Origin: a virus
Direction: 5' to 3' (one strand)
IMG/VR virus record: IMGVR_UViG_3300044568_002423
DNA length: 64,000 nt
A program made the translations under genes and the position numbers. The notes beneath the pieces are model-generated. The model was not told where the DNA came from, did not search any database, and saw only the letters and a program-made list of their open reading frames with translations. How positions within the stretch are numbered: the first letter of the stretch is position 1; each line of letters begins with the position of its first letter. Positions 10,106 through 19,584 of the stretch are shown here, one piece after another.

Positions 10106-11626
10106 ATGTCATATATCATCAACAAATACAACGGGGATCAATTAGCAGTAGTAGCAGACGGTACCATAGATACTACCATTGATGTCAAATTAATAGGTAA
10201 AAATTACGCTGGGTATGGTGAAGCACAGAATGAAAATTTAGTGTTTTTACTTGAAAATTTTGCTAATGTATCGGCTCCGCCAAAACCTATGAAGGGTCAA
10301 ATATGGTTTGATAGTGGAACAAATAAATTAAAATTTTATGATAGTTCAAAATGGAGAACAACAGGCGGTGCTGAAGTTGGAAATAGCGCACCTACTGGAT
10401 TAACCGTTGGTGACTTCTGGTTCGATACTCTCAACAATCAATTAAATGCCTGGGATGGTTCCGCATATGTATTGGTTGGACCGCAAGCCGCTGGTACAGA
10501 TACTACTGAGATGCGGTCTAAAAATGTTCAGGCAACCGTTGCCACTGGCGGCGCTAGCCATGCAATAATTGAGGCGATAATTAATGGCGAGACAGTATTC
10601 ATAATCAGTCATGATGCCGAATTTGAGTTAGATGATACGGTAAATGCTATTGCTGGATATAGTAAAATAGAAAAGGGAATTACCTTACGAAATACTCCGG
10701 GTAAGAATGAAGCTAACGAAGGTGTTACTTCTACTGATCATAGATTTTGGGGAACTGCTACTAATTCAGAACGATTAGGTGGATATGTGGCGGCTGACTA
10801 CATCAGAACTAACAGTGCTAGTTTTAGCACTGTTGTAAATTTTTCTGATAGCGGGTATACAGTTGGATATCCAAACACTAGATTACGAGTATTTAATGAT
10901 GGTCAATTAATACCAACTATCTTTAACCAAATAAATGAACAAATTGTATTTAAAACAACAACTACCGGAAATGTAATCAACACTCCACTTGTACTTAATG
11001 GACCTAACATACTACCAGGTAGTAATCTAACTTCTAATATTGGTACGTCTGCTCTAAAATTTAGTACAGTGTATGCTAATTCATTTGTCGGTACCGCAAC
11101 GCAGGCAGACACACTGAATGTCGGCGGTTCTTATAGAACTGCTAGTATTGCAGCAAGTACTAGCACCATTGTTGCTAGAACAAGTGTAGATGAGACTATA
11201 AATGGTATTAACGTTACTGCTGGCTCTGTAAAGGCAAATTATTTTGTCGGTACTGCTACTACGGCACTTTATGCGGATTTAGCTGAAAAATATCTAGCGG
11301 ATGAAGAGTATGAAGTTGGTACAGTTATTATGGTAGGCGGTGATAAAGAAGTAACTGCTGCCACTGTTGGATCTCGACCAATTGGTGTAGTTTCTGAAAA
11401 TCCAGCTTATATGATGAATAGCGACCTAGTAGGTGGTACATATATCGCATTAAAAGGAAGAGTACCAGTTAAAGTAGTTGGTGCTGTTGAGAAGGGCGAT
11501 AGATTAATTGCTTCCGAAAATGGAACTGCCGTAAAAGTTTTAGATCATCATATTGGTGTATTTGCCATTGCGCTCGAAACTAACTATGATGAATCTATTA
11601 AATTGATCGAAGCAGTTATACTATAA
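10106..11626 (+). CDS. Tail fibre protein with C-terminal intramolecular chaperone/autocleavage-like domain
   Basis: Same N-terminal module. C-terminal 'YADLAEKY...GTV...GVVS.NPAY.MN...GRVPVKV.G...KGD.L' resembles the peptidase G2/IMC-type domain. ACTAAATAC late-type motif at 10075. Confidence 0.7.
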   Translation: MSYIINKYNGDQLAVVADGTIDTTIDVKLIGKNYAGYGEAQNENLVFLLENFANVSAPPKPMKGQIWFDSGTNKLKFYDSSKWRTTGGAEVGNSAPTGLTVGDFWFDTLNNQLNAWDGSAYVLVGPQAAGTDTTEMRSKNVQATVATGGASHAIIEAIINGETVFIISHDAEFELDDTVNAIAGYSKIEKGITLRNTPGKNEANEGVTSTDHRFWGTATNSERLGGYVAADYIRTNSASFSTVVNFSDSGYTVGYPNTRLRVFNDGQLIPTIFNQINEQIVFKTTTTGNVINTPLVLNGPNILPGSNLTSNIGTSALKFSTVYANSFVGTATQADTLNVGGSYRTASIAASTSTIVARTSVDETINGINVTAGSVKANYFVGTATTALYADLAEKYLADEEYEVGTVIMVGGDKEVTAATVGSRPIGVVSENPAYMMNSDLVGGTYIALKGRVPVKVVGAVEKGDRLIASENGTAVKVLDHHIGVFAIALETNYDESIKLIEAVIL

Positions 11627-11648
11627 TAAATATCGTAAAGGGAAAGAT

Positions 11649-14174
11649 ATGGCAGGTCAACGTACCGCAATAATTGCAAATGATTACAACGTAATTCAAT
11701 CAAAACTATCACAAGTGCTGGGCACTGGGTCTGGAGATTTTGGATACGGACAGACAGTGACTAGTTCTCAGTCGATTCCACAAATACCTATCACGGCGGC
11801 GAAATGGAATTTATTAAGAGATGATTTATTAAAAGCACGCCAACACCAATCTGGCGCAGATGAAAGTGGCAATATACCAATTTTAACGCATGCAAGTGTG
11901 ATAGCTGAGGCGTATCGTTCATCAATTAATTCGATGGCAGATTTGGTAACAACTAATCGATTGGTCATTCCGCCAAGTAATCAAGCAACTAGGGATACTA
12001 TTTTAACTAGTGTGCGAACAACTCCGTGGAATAATACATTGACGCATACCGTTACTGTTAATTTTTCTAGCACGGCCGCAGCTAGGTATTTTTTTAATAC
12101 TGGCAGTTCATTAGATATTTCTGCTTCTAGAACAGGTGGTACGGTTGGTCTTAAGAATAGCTCATGGACTACCATGTTGACAAATATGGGTAGGATTAGT
12201 TTACGACATAGTAATTCTGCTGTATCTGGGACAGGCACAGTTTCATCATCTATTGGATGGACTGATTTAACCACCGTCGATCAACTATTATTTGTAAAAT
12301 ATACAGAAACTCCAACGTATACACCTAATCAATATGATATATATGTTAAAAGTGGGGTTGATACCGCGCAAATAATATTCACAATAACATTTGCAGATTT
12401 GTCCGGATATATTCCAGATCCACCGGAAGGTATTGATGAGAATATCAATGGTACTTTAACTTCGATCATTGAAGTTTATCGCGCATCTGGAAATAACGTT
12501 TCAGTCACATCTCCGTCTGCCCTTGGTGCGTTAAGTGGCGGTGCGGTGGTTCCGGTGTATCATGTATCTCCTAATGTTACAACGGTTAATGAAGGTGGAA
12601 GTGTTGTATTCACGGTATCGACGTCTGATGTACCTGACAACACCACATTATATTGGACAACGTCTAATACAATGACAACGTCTGATTTTGCCGATAACGT
12701 GCTAACTGGTACCGTCATAATAGTTAATGATATTGGGACAATTACCAGAACTGTGCGTAATGATTATACAACAGAAGGTGGTGAGACATTTATTCTTTCT
12801 ATCCGTACCGGGTCGACATCAGGAACAATTGTCGCGAATAGTGCAGCAGTGGTAATTAATGACACCTCAATTGAAACATACCAAGTTACTGCTAGTACTT
12901 CGGCTGTTAATGAAGGTTCTAGTGTAGTATTCACTGTCACCACACAAGGCGTGCCTAATGGAACAACCTTATATTGGTCAAATAGTGGCAACACCAGTGC
13001 TGCGGATTTTACCGATAGTGCAATAAGTGGGTCATTTGTCATTAATTCCAATAGTGGCAGTATAACTAGAACATTAACAAATGACTATCTAACTGATCCG
13101 GGACAAACTGTCCAACTACAAATAAGAACTGGATCAACATCTGGGCCAGTTAAAGTGACTAGCTCATCTGTCGCCGTTAATGACACCTCAGTTGAAACAT
13201 ACCAAATAACACCTGACGTATCATCTGTCAGTGAAGGTGGTAGTGTCAACTTCACTATAAGCACGGTAGGGGTTCCAAATAATACAACCCTTTACTGGGA
13301 TACCTCTGGATCTTCTTCTGCTTATGACTTTACTTCAGGAACTTTATACGGCACAGTGCTTATAAATGCCAATACAGGCAGTATCACTAGAACTTTAGTA
13401 AATGATGGTTTGTCAGAGCCGGCAGAACCATTTACAATAAATTTAAGGACTGGGTCAACAGCTGGTCCAATTAAGGCAACAAGCTCAGTTGTTACAATAA
13501 CAGCTAACGGAAGTTTAACTTTCTTAAGTACTTCACAATGGACTGCACCAGCTGGTACTTATCAAATACAATTTAGTGTAACAGGTGGTAGAGGTGGTCA
13601 AGGTGGTTCTGATGTAGTCGCTGGACACGTAGGGTTCAACGGGTCTACCGTTACTGGAACTGCATCCGTGATACCGGGAACTGTTTATGACATGATTGTC
13701 GGTGCTATTGGAGGAAATGGAGCCAATGGTACAGGTTCTGGCGGCGGCGCCGGAGCTGCCGCTGGATTAGCTGGATATGCTGGTGGTAGAGGTGGAAATG
13801 CGGGATCATATTATAAATCAAATTCAGGCGGTGGAGGCGGTGGTGGTGCTCCATCATGGATCAGATCTACTGGTGGTTCTGTACTTGTAGTTGCTGGTGG
13901 TGGCGGCGGAGGCGGTGGAGCCGGTAGACAAGGCGGAGCCGGAACACAAACTGGTGGAACTTCAGGTTCTGGGACTGGCGGTCAAGGCGGCACTGGTGGT
14001 TTTGATGGAGGCGGCGGAGGAGGCGGCGGCGGCGGTTATCCACTTGGTGGTGCCGGCGGACCGATTACTGCCCAGGATTATACAGGTTATTCGGGTGCGA
14101 ATGGGCAATCAACCGGTGGATCTGTAGCAGCACCTGGAAATAATTCAACAGCTAATATCGTTATTTCATGGTAA
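11649..14174 (+). CDS. Tail fibre/adhesin with three Calx-beta/Ig-like repeats and Gly-rich C-terminal domain (copy 1)
   Basis: Three ~105-aa repeats 'V.EG.SV.FTV.T..VP..TTLYW...ADF...SG...I.RT..ND...E...L..RTGS..GP'; poly-Gly C-terminus ending 'I.ISW'. Confidence 0.75.
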   Translation: MAGQRTAIIANDYNVIQSKLSQVLGTGSGDFGYGQTVTSSQSIPQIPITAAKWNLLRDDLLKARQHQSGADESGNIPILTHASVIAEAYRSSINSMADLVTTNRLVIPPSNQATRDTILTSVRTTPWNNTLTHTVTVNFSSTAAARYFFNTGSSLDISASRTGGTVGLKNSSWTTMLTNMGRISLRHSNSAVSGTGTVSSSIGWTDLTTVDQLLFVKYTETPTYTPNQYDIYVKSGVDTAQIIFTITFADLSGYIPDPPEGIDENINGTLTSIIEVYRASGNNVSVTSPSALGALSGGAVVPVYHVSPNVTTVNEGGSVVFTVSTSDVPDNTTLYWTTSNTMTTSDFADNVLTGTVIIVNDIGTITRTVRNDYTTEGGETFILSIRTGSTSGTIVANSAAVVINDTSIETYQVTASTSAVNEGSSVVFTVTTQGVPNGTTLYWSNSGNTSAADFTDSAISGSFVINSNSGSITRTLTNDYLTDPGQTVQLQIRTGSTSGPVKVTSSSVAVNDTSVETYQITPDVSSVSEGGSVNFTISTVGVPNNTTLYWDTSGSSSAYDFTSGTLYGTVLINANTGSITRTLVNDGLSEPAEPFTINLRTGSTAGPIKATSSVVTITANGSLTFLSTSQWTAPAGTYQIQFSVTGGRGGQGGSDVVAGHVGFNGSTVTGTASVIPGTVYDMIVGAIGGNGANGTGSGGGAGAAAGLAGYAGGRGGNAGSYYKSNSGGGGGGGAPSWIRSTGGSVLVVAGGGGGGGGAGRQGGAGTQTGGTSGSGTGGQGGTGGFDGGGGGGGGGGYPLGGAGGPITAQDYTGYSGANGQSTGGSVAAPGNNSTANIVISW
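13956..14087 (+). repeat. 132-bp exact direct repeat, copy 1 (copy 2 at 16521..16652)
   Basis: Base-by-base identity between the two fibre genes. Confidence 0.9.
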
Positions 14175-14195
14175 TAAAAGGAATTTTAAATATAG

Positions 14196-16739
14196 ATGGC
14201 TGGTAAAAATACAAAACCAATAATAAGTGATTATAATACCATACAGAAGAATATAGCGGCGGTATTAGGTTCAGGTGGGACTAATCCCGCTACGGATATC
14301 GCCGACAATACATTTGGGTATGGCTTATCTGTGTTGAGTAGCCAGGTATCGGCGTATGCTAAAATTTCAACTAGCCGATGGTCTAATTTGCGGACTGACA
14401 TATTAAAATCTCGACAGCACCAAACTGGTGCTACTGAAGTATTAACGGTCCCAACCCAAGATGTTACAATCGCAGAAACTGACAGGGCAGCATATTCTGC
14501 TATGGCCGACTTAGTTGTAGCTAATAGATTAGTTATGCCTCCAAGCGGTCAAGCAACCAAAACCTCTACACAACATGTACGATCAACAGCGTGGAATAAC
14601 GATCTGTATGTGTATTTTACTGCCACATTTGCCGCAGCTGCTGACCCTATGTATTTTTTTAATACTGGTGGGTATTTTGATGTAATTGCTTCTAGAGCAG
14701 GTGGTACAGTTGGTCTAAAGAATACTTCTTGGACTACTATGTTGACAAATATGGGAACACTGAGATTTAATCGTTATAATACAACTAGGATTGATACCGG
14801 GGGTACAACAACAGTCGTGTCCTCAATAGGATGGACATCGTTAAGCTCATCACCTCAATTGATATATCAAAAATTAACAGAAGCACCAACCTATTCTCCA
14901 AATAAATTTGAAATTTATGTACAAGCAGGGGGCGGTCCATCTACACAAATTATATTTACCTTATTATATTACGATGCGTCGGGGAACCTAAATCCACCGA
15001 CCGATATGGATCAGAATGTCGATGGTACATTAACTTCTACCTTTGGTATTTACAGAGCAACTGGTGTCAACGTTTCAGTTTTGGCTCCTTCTGTTGCTGC
15101 TACTATGGCTGGTGGTGCGCTTGCTCCTGTATATAGCTTATCTCCAAATGTTACATCTGTTAACGAAGCTGCAAGTGTTGTATTCACAGTATCGACATCT
15201 AATGTAACTGATAACACCACATTATATTGGTCCACATCTGGCTCGACAGCTGCGGCTGATTTTACTGATAGTTCGACAACTGGTACTGTCGTCATAGTTA
15301 GTAATACTGGGACGATTACCAGAACATTAAGCGGCGAACATGTAACAGAAGGAAGTGAAACATTTTCTCTTTCTCTCCGTACCGGATCGACAGCAGGCCC
15401 TATCGTTGCGAATAGTACAGCATCAGTGACAGTTAACGATACATCTATTGAAACATATCAAGTTACTGCGCCGGCCTCAGTTGATGAAGGTTCTAACGCA
15501 GTATTCACTGTAACCACACAAGGCGTACCAAATGGAACAACCTTATATTGGGTAAATGTTGGTGACACCAGTGCTGCGGACTTTACCGATAGTGCAATGA
15601 GTGGGTCATTTACCATTAATTCCAATAGTGGCAGCATAACTAGAACATTAACAAATGACACTACAAGTGATCCTGGCGAGTCGATACAACTACAAATAAG
15701 AACTGCATCGACGTCTGGTCCACTTAAAGTAACCAGCTCATCGGTCACAGTCAATGATACGTCAGTCGAGGAATACTACATAACAGAGAACGTATCTTCT
15801 GTCGGTGAAGGTGGCAGTGTTACCTTCACTGTAAGCACTGTAGGGATTCCTAATGGGACAACTCTTTACTGGAATACCTCTGGGTCTGTTACTGCGGCTG
15901 ACTTTACTTCAGGAACTTTATCCGGGACTGTGGTTAATACAGGCACTATTACCAGGACTTTGTCAAATGATGGCGTTGAAGAAGGTGCTGAATCATTCAC
16001 GCTCAATTTAAGGACTGGGTCAACAGCTGGTCCAATTAAGGCAACGAGCGGAACTGTAAATGTTCGGGCTAATGGAAGTTTATCCACGACATCTACTACA
16101 CAATGGACTGCACCAACCGGAATTACGCAAATACAATTTAGTGTAACAGGTGGTAGAGGTGGTAATGGTGGTTCTGATGTAGTCGCTGGACACGTAGGGT
16201 TCAACGGGTCTACCGTTACTGGAACTGCGACTGTAGTACCAGGTACTACATATAACCTGATTGTCGGTGCTATTGGTGGCAATGGAGCCAATGGCACAGG
16301 TTCTGGCGGCGGCGCCGGAGCTGCCGCTGGAGTAGCGGGATATGCTGGCGGTAACGGTGGAGCTGCGGGATCATATTATAAATCGAATTCAGGAGGCGGA
16401 GGCGGTGGTGGTGCTCCATCATGGATCAGATCTACTGGTGGTACTGTACTTGTAGTTGCTGGAGGAGGCGGCGGAGGCGGCGGAGCCGGTAAACAAGGCG
16501 GGGCTGGATCACAAATTGGCGGAACTTCAGGTTCTGGGACTGGCGGTCAAGGCGGCACTGGTGGTTTTGATGGAGGCGGCGGAGGAGGCGGCGGCGGCGG
16601 TTATCCACTTGGTGGTGCCGGCGGACCGATTACTGCCCAGGATTATACAGGTCGTTCAGGTGCGAATGGGCAATCAACTGGTGGATCTGTAGCAGCACCT
16701 GGGAGTAATGCAACCGCTAATATTGCTATTTCATGGTAA
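14196..16739 (+). CDS. Tail fibre/adhesin, tandem paralogue (copy 2)
   Basis: Same architecture as 11649..14174, with near-identical C-terminal third. Confidence 0.75.
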   Translation: MAGKNTKPIISDYNTIQKNIAAVLGSGGTNPATDIADNTFGYGLSVLSSQVSAYAKISTSRWSNLRTDILKSRQHQTGATEVLTVPTQDVTIAETDRAAYSAMADLVVANRLVMPPSGQATKTSTQHVRSTAWNNDLYVYFTATFAAAADPMYFFNTGGYFDVIASRAGGTVGLKNTSWTTMLTNMGTLRFNRYNTTRIDTGGTTTVVSSIGWTSLSSSPQLIYQKLTEAPTYSPNKFEIYVQAGGGPSTQIIFTLLYYDASGNLNPPTDMDQNVDGTLTSTFGIYRATGVNVSVLAPSVAATMAGGALAPVYSLSPNVTSVNEAASVVFTVSTSNVTDNTTLYWSTSGSTAAADFTDSSTTGTVVIVSNTGTITRTLSGEHVTEGSETFSLSLRTGSTAGPIVANSTASVTVNDTSIETYQVTAPASVDEGSNAVFTVTTQGVPNGTTLYWVNVGDTSAADFTDSAMSGSFTINSNSGSITRTLTNDTTSDPGESIQLQIRTASTSGPLKVTSSSVTVNDTSVEEYYITENVSSVGEGGSVTFTVSTVGIPNGTTLYWNTSGSVTAADFTSGTLSGTVVNTGTITRTLSNDGVEEGAESFTLNLRTGSTAGPIKATSGTVNVRANGSLSTTSTTQWTAPTGITQIQFSVTGGRGGNGGSDVVAGHVGFNGSTVTGTATVVPGTTYNLIVGAIGGNGANGTGSGGGAGAAAGVAGYAGGNGGAAGSYYKSNSGGGGGGGAPSWIRSTGGTVLVVAGGGGGGGGAGKQGGAGSQIGGTSGSGTGGQGGTGGFDGGGGGGGGGGYPLGGAGGPITAQDYTGRSGANGQSTGGSVAAPGSNATANIAISW
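16521..16652 (+). repeat. 132-bp exact direct repeat, copy 2
   Basis: Identical to 13956..14087. Confidence 0.9.
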
Positions 16740-16806
16740 TAAAAGGAATTTTAAATAATGCCAATGGAAGTGATTTAACTACTTTCTGGTAGGAAGTATG
16801 GATATG

Positions 16807-16831
16807 AAAATGCCGGCAATAAACCGGCATT
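16807..16831 (-). terminator. Intrinsic terminator between convergent blocks
   Basis: AATGCCGG-CAATAAA-CCGGCATT stem; short T run on the minus strand. Confidence 0.65.
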
Positions 16832-16877
16832 GTCTAAAATTAATGATTTTGATTGGTTAACAAACAAATTTAATAAT

Positions 16878-17198
16878 TTATAATTTAAGTTTTTTTGACA
16901 TTTTTTTGATAGCTTTTTCAACATCCTTTTTGATTTTATCAGTATCAATTTTGATATCTACCTTGTAGATGTACTGCTCATAAGATTTTATTAGTTCATC
17001 TATATTATCTTCAAATTCCACTAATGTAGCACGTCTAGTTTTTGCTGGGATTGGTATTTCCCAGCATTCACCGTCGTTAAATCTTAATAATACTGCATCG
17101 ACATAATTTAGAGGAACTACATTAAGTTCAATCTCTCTAAATAATACCGACCATTCATCTACAGTTGTTTCTATCAGCCCTTCATTATGCTGTCGCAT
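16878..17198 (-). CDS. Hypothetical protein
   Basis: 106-aa ORF at the end of a minus-strand operon. Confidence 0.7.
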   Translation of the reverse strand: MRQHNEGLIETTVDEWSVLFREIELNVVPLNYVDAVLLRFNDGECWEIPIPAKTRRATLVEFEDNIDELIKSYEQYIYKVDIKIDTDKIKKDVEKAIKKMSKKLKL

Positions 17199-17799
17199 TC
17201 TGTTTTTTACTAATAGTAGGTACCAATTCCTCGGCTAATCTGCGAAATTTCGCAGCTTCCTTAGCTAGACGATCGGCATCCGACCTATACTTTTTGGCTT
17301 GTAGTTCAGGTGATAAAACTTCAACTACTGTGTCTAAAACTTCTGGTTCATTTACAGACGCCGATGTTGTTTTTATTGGATCTGATTTAACTTCTGTTTT
17401 TTCAACTTCTTTACTAGATTTAATAGATAACTCATCAACCGCAATACCTTGTTGATCAGCTATTATTTGATTAAGTTCAGATAATATAATAGAGGTAGAA
17501 TTTGTTGGCAATACTTCAACTTGATTTGTTGGAACTTTCACCAATCTACCCTGAGCATGTAATGCAGGTAACATTCTACTACCATCTGGAAACTGTGTGC
17601 GATCTAGTGCTTCAGCAAATTCATCAGCAGATTGGCCAGCATTACTTTCAACTAGGTTGATTAAAGCATCATGATAGCTATCTGGCAGATTTTCAGTTGG
17701 TACAACTAAACAACTATACGCATCTCCTGGTAAAGTACGATATGCTATTAGGCATTTTTTACCAGTAGCAATTACTCTACCGACATGTTTAAGTTCCAT
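17185..17799 (-). CDS. Hypothetical protein
   Basis: 204-aa ORF with globular N-terminus and coiled C-terminus; TAATG coupling to the upstream gene. Confidence 0.75.
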   Translation of the reverse strand: MELKHVGRVIATGKKCLIAYRTLPGDAYSCLVVPTENLPDSYHDALINLVESNAGQSADEFAEALDRTQFPDGSRMLPALHAQGRLVKVPTNQVEVLPTNSTSIILSELNQIIADQQGIAVDELSIKSSKEVEKTEVKSDPIKTTSASVNEPEVLDTVVEVLSPELQAKKYRSDADRLAKEAAKFRRLAEELVPTISKKQNATA

Positions 17800-18038
17800 T
17801 ATGCGGTACCAGACGCTTCTGCTTGTTTAGCAATAGCTTCCAAAAATGTAGTTAATTTTGTATATGTTTGACCAACTGCTACCATTTCATTTGGTTTGAA
17901 TGCACCACGTGAACTAGCAATATCAATTATTGACTTCATAGAATTTAAATCATTGATAGTAAGATCTGATGATTGTTGCTCAGGTTGTGGTTGTTCAGTA
18001 GGTGTTGCGTCTTGTTGTGGTTCTTTAATATCAGTCAT
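17799..18038 (-). CDS. Small hypothetical protein
   Basis: Strong SD (AAGGAGA); 'DL..MKSIIDIASSRGAFKPNEM..VG..Y.KL' helical motif. Confidence 0.75.
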   Translation of the reverse strand: MTDIKEPQQDATPTEQPQPEQQSSDLTINDLNSMKSIIDIASSRGAFKPNEMVAVGQTYTKLTTFLEAIAKQAEASGTA

Positions 18039-18073
18039 GTTATCTCCTTATATATAACTTTTGTTTTGTATAC

Positions 18074-18361
18074 TTATCTTGTGTGAATATGAGGACATGC
18101 AATTGTGAAAAAAGTAATTTCTTTTTCACTTTCAAATCCTATGTTAGTATTATACACTATTGTATTGGTATTGTCAAGTGTTATTCCTTGTCCAATATAA
18201 TATCTACTATTTAAGTTTTGCATTATCCATCCATTGATAATTTTGATTAAATATGGATTGTATTTATTAAGAGTAAAATATTTGAAATGAGGACAAGCAT
18301 ATTTTACTCTCCTCAAATCGTAATAATTAAGTGAATTAGGAATGCCGTTTTTCAATGACAT
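18074..18361 (-). CDS. Hypothetical protein
   Basis: 95-aa ORF, TAATG-coupled to the vWA gene. Confidence 0.7.
   Translation of the reverse strand: MSLKNGIPNSLNYYDLRRVKYACPHFKYFTLNKYNPYLIKIINGWIMQNLNSRYYIGQGITLDNTNTIVYNTNIGFESEKEITFFTIACPHIHTR
18149..18177 (-). promoter_or_regulatory. Sigma70 consensus promoter inside a CDS
   Basis: TTGACA (18177-18172) - 17 bp - TATAAT (18154-18149). Confidence 0.7.
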
Positions 18362-19572
18362 TATGCTAATTCACCAGCACGTTCATAATATGCGTATTCA
18401 CCAAATGGCGGGACAGTTGTATCATTTCCGTGAATAATAAATACAGTATCGCAATAATCTTCATCGCCCCATGAACCACATGGATATCCATCTGTAAACA
18501 TTATAAACTTTTTTGGAGTGATATCATGGTCATTCATATATTTCCAGTTAACTGAAAAATCAGTACCGCCACCACCCATTGGTTCATAATTATCAAAGTC
18601 ATCCATACTATACCCATCAAAATCTTGTTCATTATAAACTTCAGTATCGAAACACCATAGCTTAATTTTGAAATCTTGATATTCTTGCATGATGCCTTTA
18701 ATTTCACTTAGAAAATCAGTAGCTTGTGTATCAGTTATAGAACCAGACATATCTATCGCAACGCAAATATCTATAGCTTCTTGTACATTGCTTCCGGGTA
18801 ATACTGCACACATATGCCATGCTTTTCGACTAGGACGCATCCATGTATAATCACTTTTAATTATGCTTTGAATTTGTTGGCGTAAAATTTCTCGCCAATT
18901 CATTTTTGGTTCAACTAACTCTTTGATCATTCTTTGAATCATAGCTGGTGTATTACCAGCACCAGATGCTTGTGCTGCAGCCATAACTGCTTCCGTTACT
19001 TCACTTCGAATTTGGCGCAATTCTTCTTTGGTATATACTGGTCTGCCATTTGGATCATTTTTATCACCAGCGCCATCACCATCTTCCCAGTCGATATGTT
19101 GATCCAGCAATTCTCCCAATTTATCCAACATCTCATCATTATGATCTTTTAATATATCATATATTTCTTCGGCACCCATTCCATAATATTTGGTATCATG
19201 CAGGATAGTAATACCATCAATAACAGAATTACCTATATTATCACGCACAATCTGTCCATTTACACAATAATCAGTCGCAAAGTTAAAGATTTTAGGATGC
19301 CTATCATCTCGTCGACTAAAGTGATCAAACGCATTATGTAAGATTTCATGTGCCAATACAAATTGAATTTGTGGTATGGACAATGGGGCGAAGAATTCTC
19401 TATTAAAAAAGATATGTCTTCCATCAGTAGCTGCAGTAGTACACCAATCACCACTTTCTTTAATAGTTAATCGAGTTGCTAAATTACCAAAGAATGGGTG
19501 TTTTAATAACAAACCAACTCTAGCAGTGATTATTTTATCAATAATATTATTTAATACTACATCGTTTGACAT
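18361..19572 (-). CDS. Metallopeptidase-like (HExxH) + vWA domain protein (DUF2201-like)
   Basis: 'TAATDG', 'LAHEILH' zinc motif, vWA MIDAS 'IDMSGS', 'GGGGTDF', 'FTDG'. Confidence 0.85.
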   Translation of the reverse strand: MSNDVVLNNIIDKIITARVGLLLKHPFFGNLATRLTIKESGDWCTTAATDGRHIFFNREFFAPLSIPQIQFVLAHEILHNAFDHFSRRDDRHPKIFNFATDYCVNGQIVRDNIGNSVIDGITILHDTKYYGMGAEEIYDILKDHNDEMLDKLGELLDQHIDWEDGDGAGDKNDPNGRPVYTKEELRQIRSEVTEAVMAAAQASGAGNTPAMIQRMIKELVEPKMNWREILRQQIQSIIKSDYTWMRPSRKAWHMCAVLPGSNVQEAIDICVAIDMSGSITDTQATDFLSEIKGIMQEYQDFKIKLWCFDTEVYNEQDFDGYSMDDFDNYEPMGGGGTDFSVNWKYMNDHDITPKKFIMFTDGYPCGSWGDEDYCDTVFIIHGNDTTVPPFGEYAYYERAGELA

Positions 19573-19584
19573 ATCTATTCCTAA

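Noticed and set aside
13891-16692. Paired alternative-frame ORFs 13891..14127 and 16456..16692
   Set aside because: By-products of GGN-rich glycine codons in the duplicated region; TTG starts without an SD.
13560-16757. Diversity-generating retroelement (TR/VR pair) in the fibre genes
   Set aside because: Both copies are coding, long blocks are identical including adenines, the differences are not A-specific, and no reverse transcriptase is in the window.
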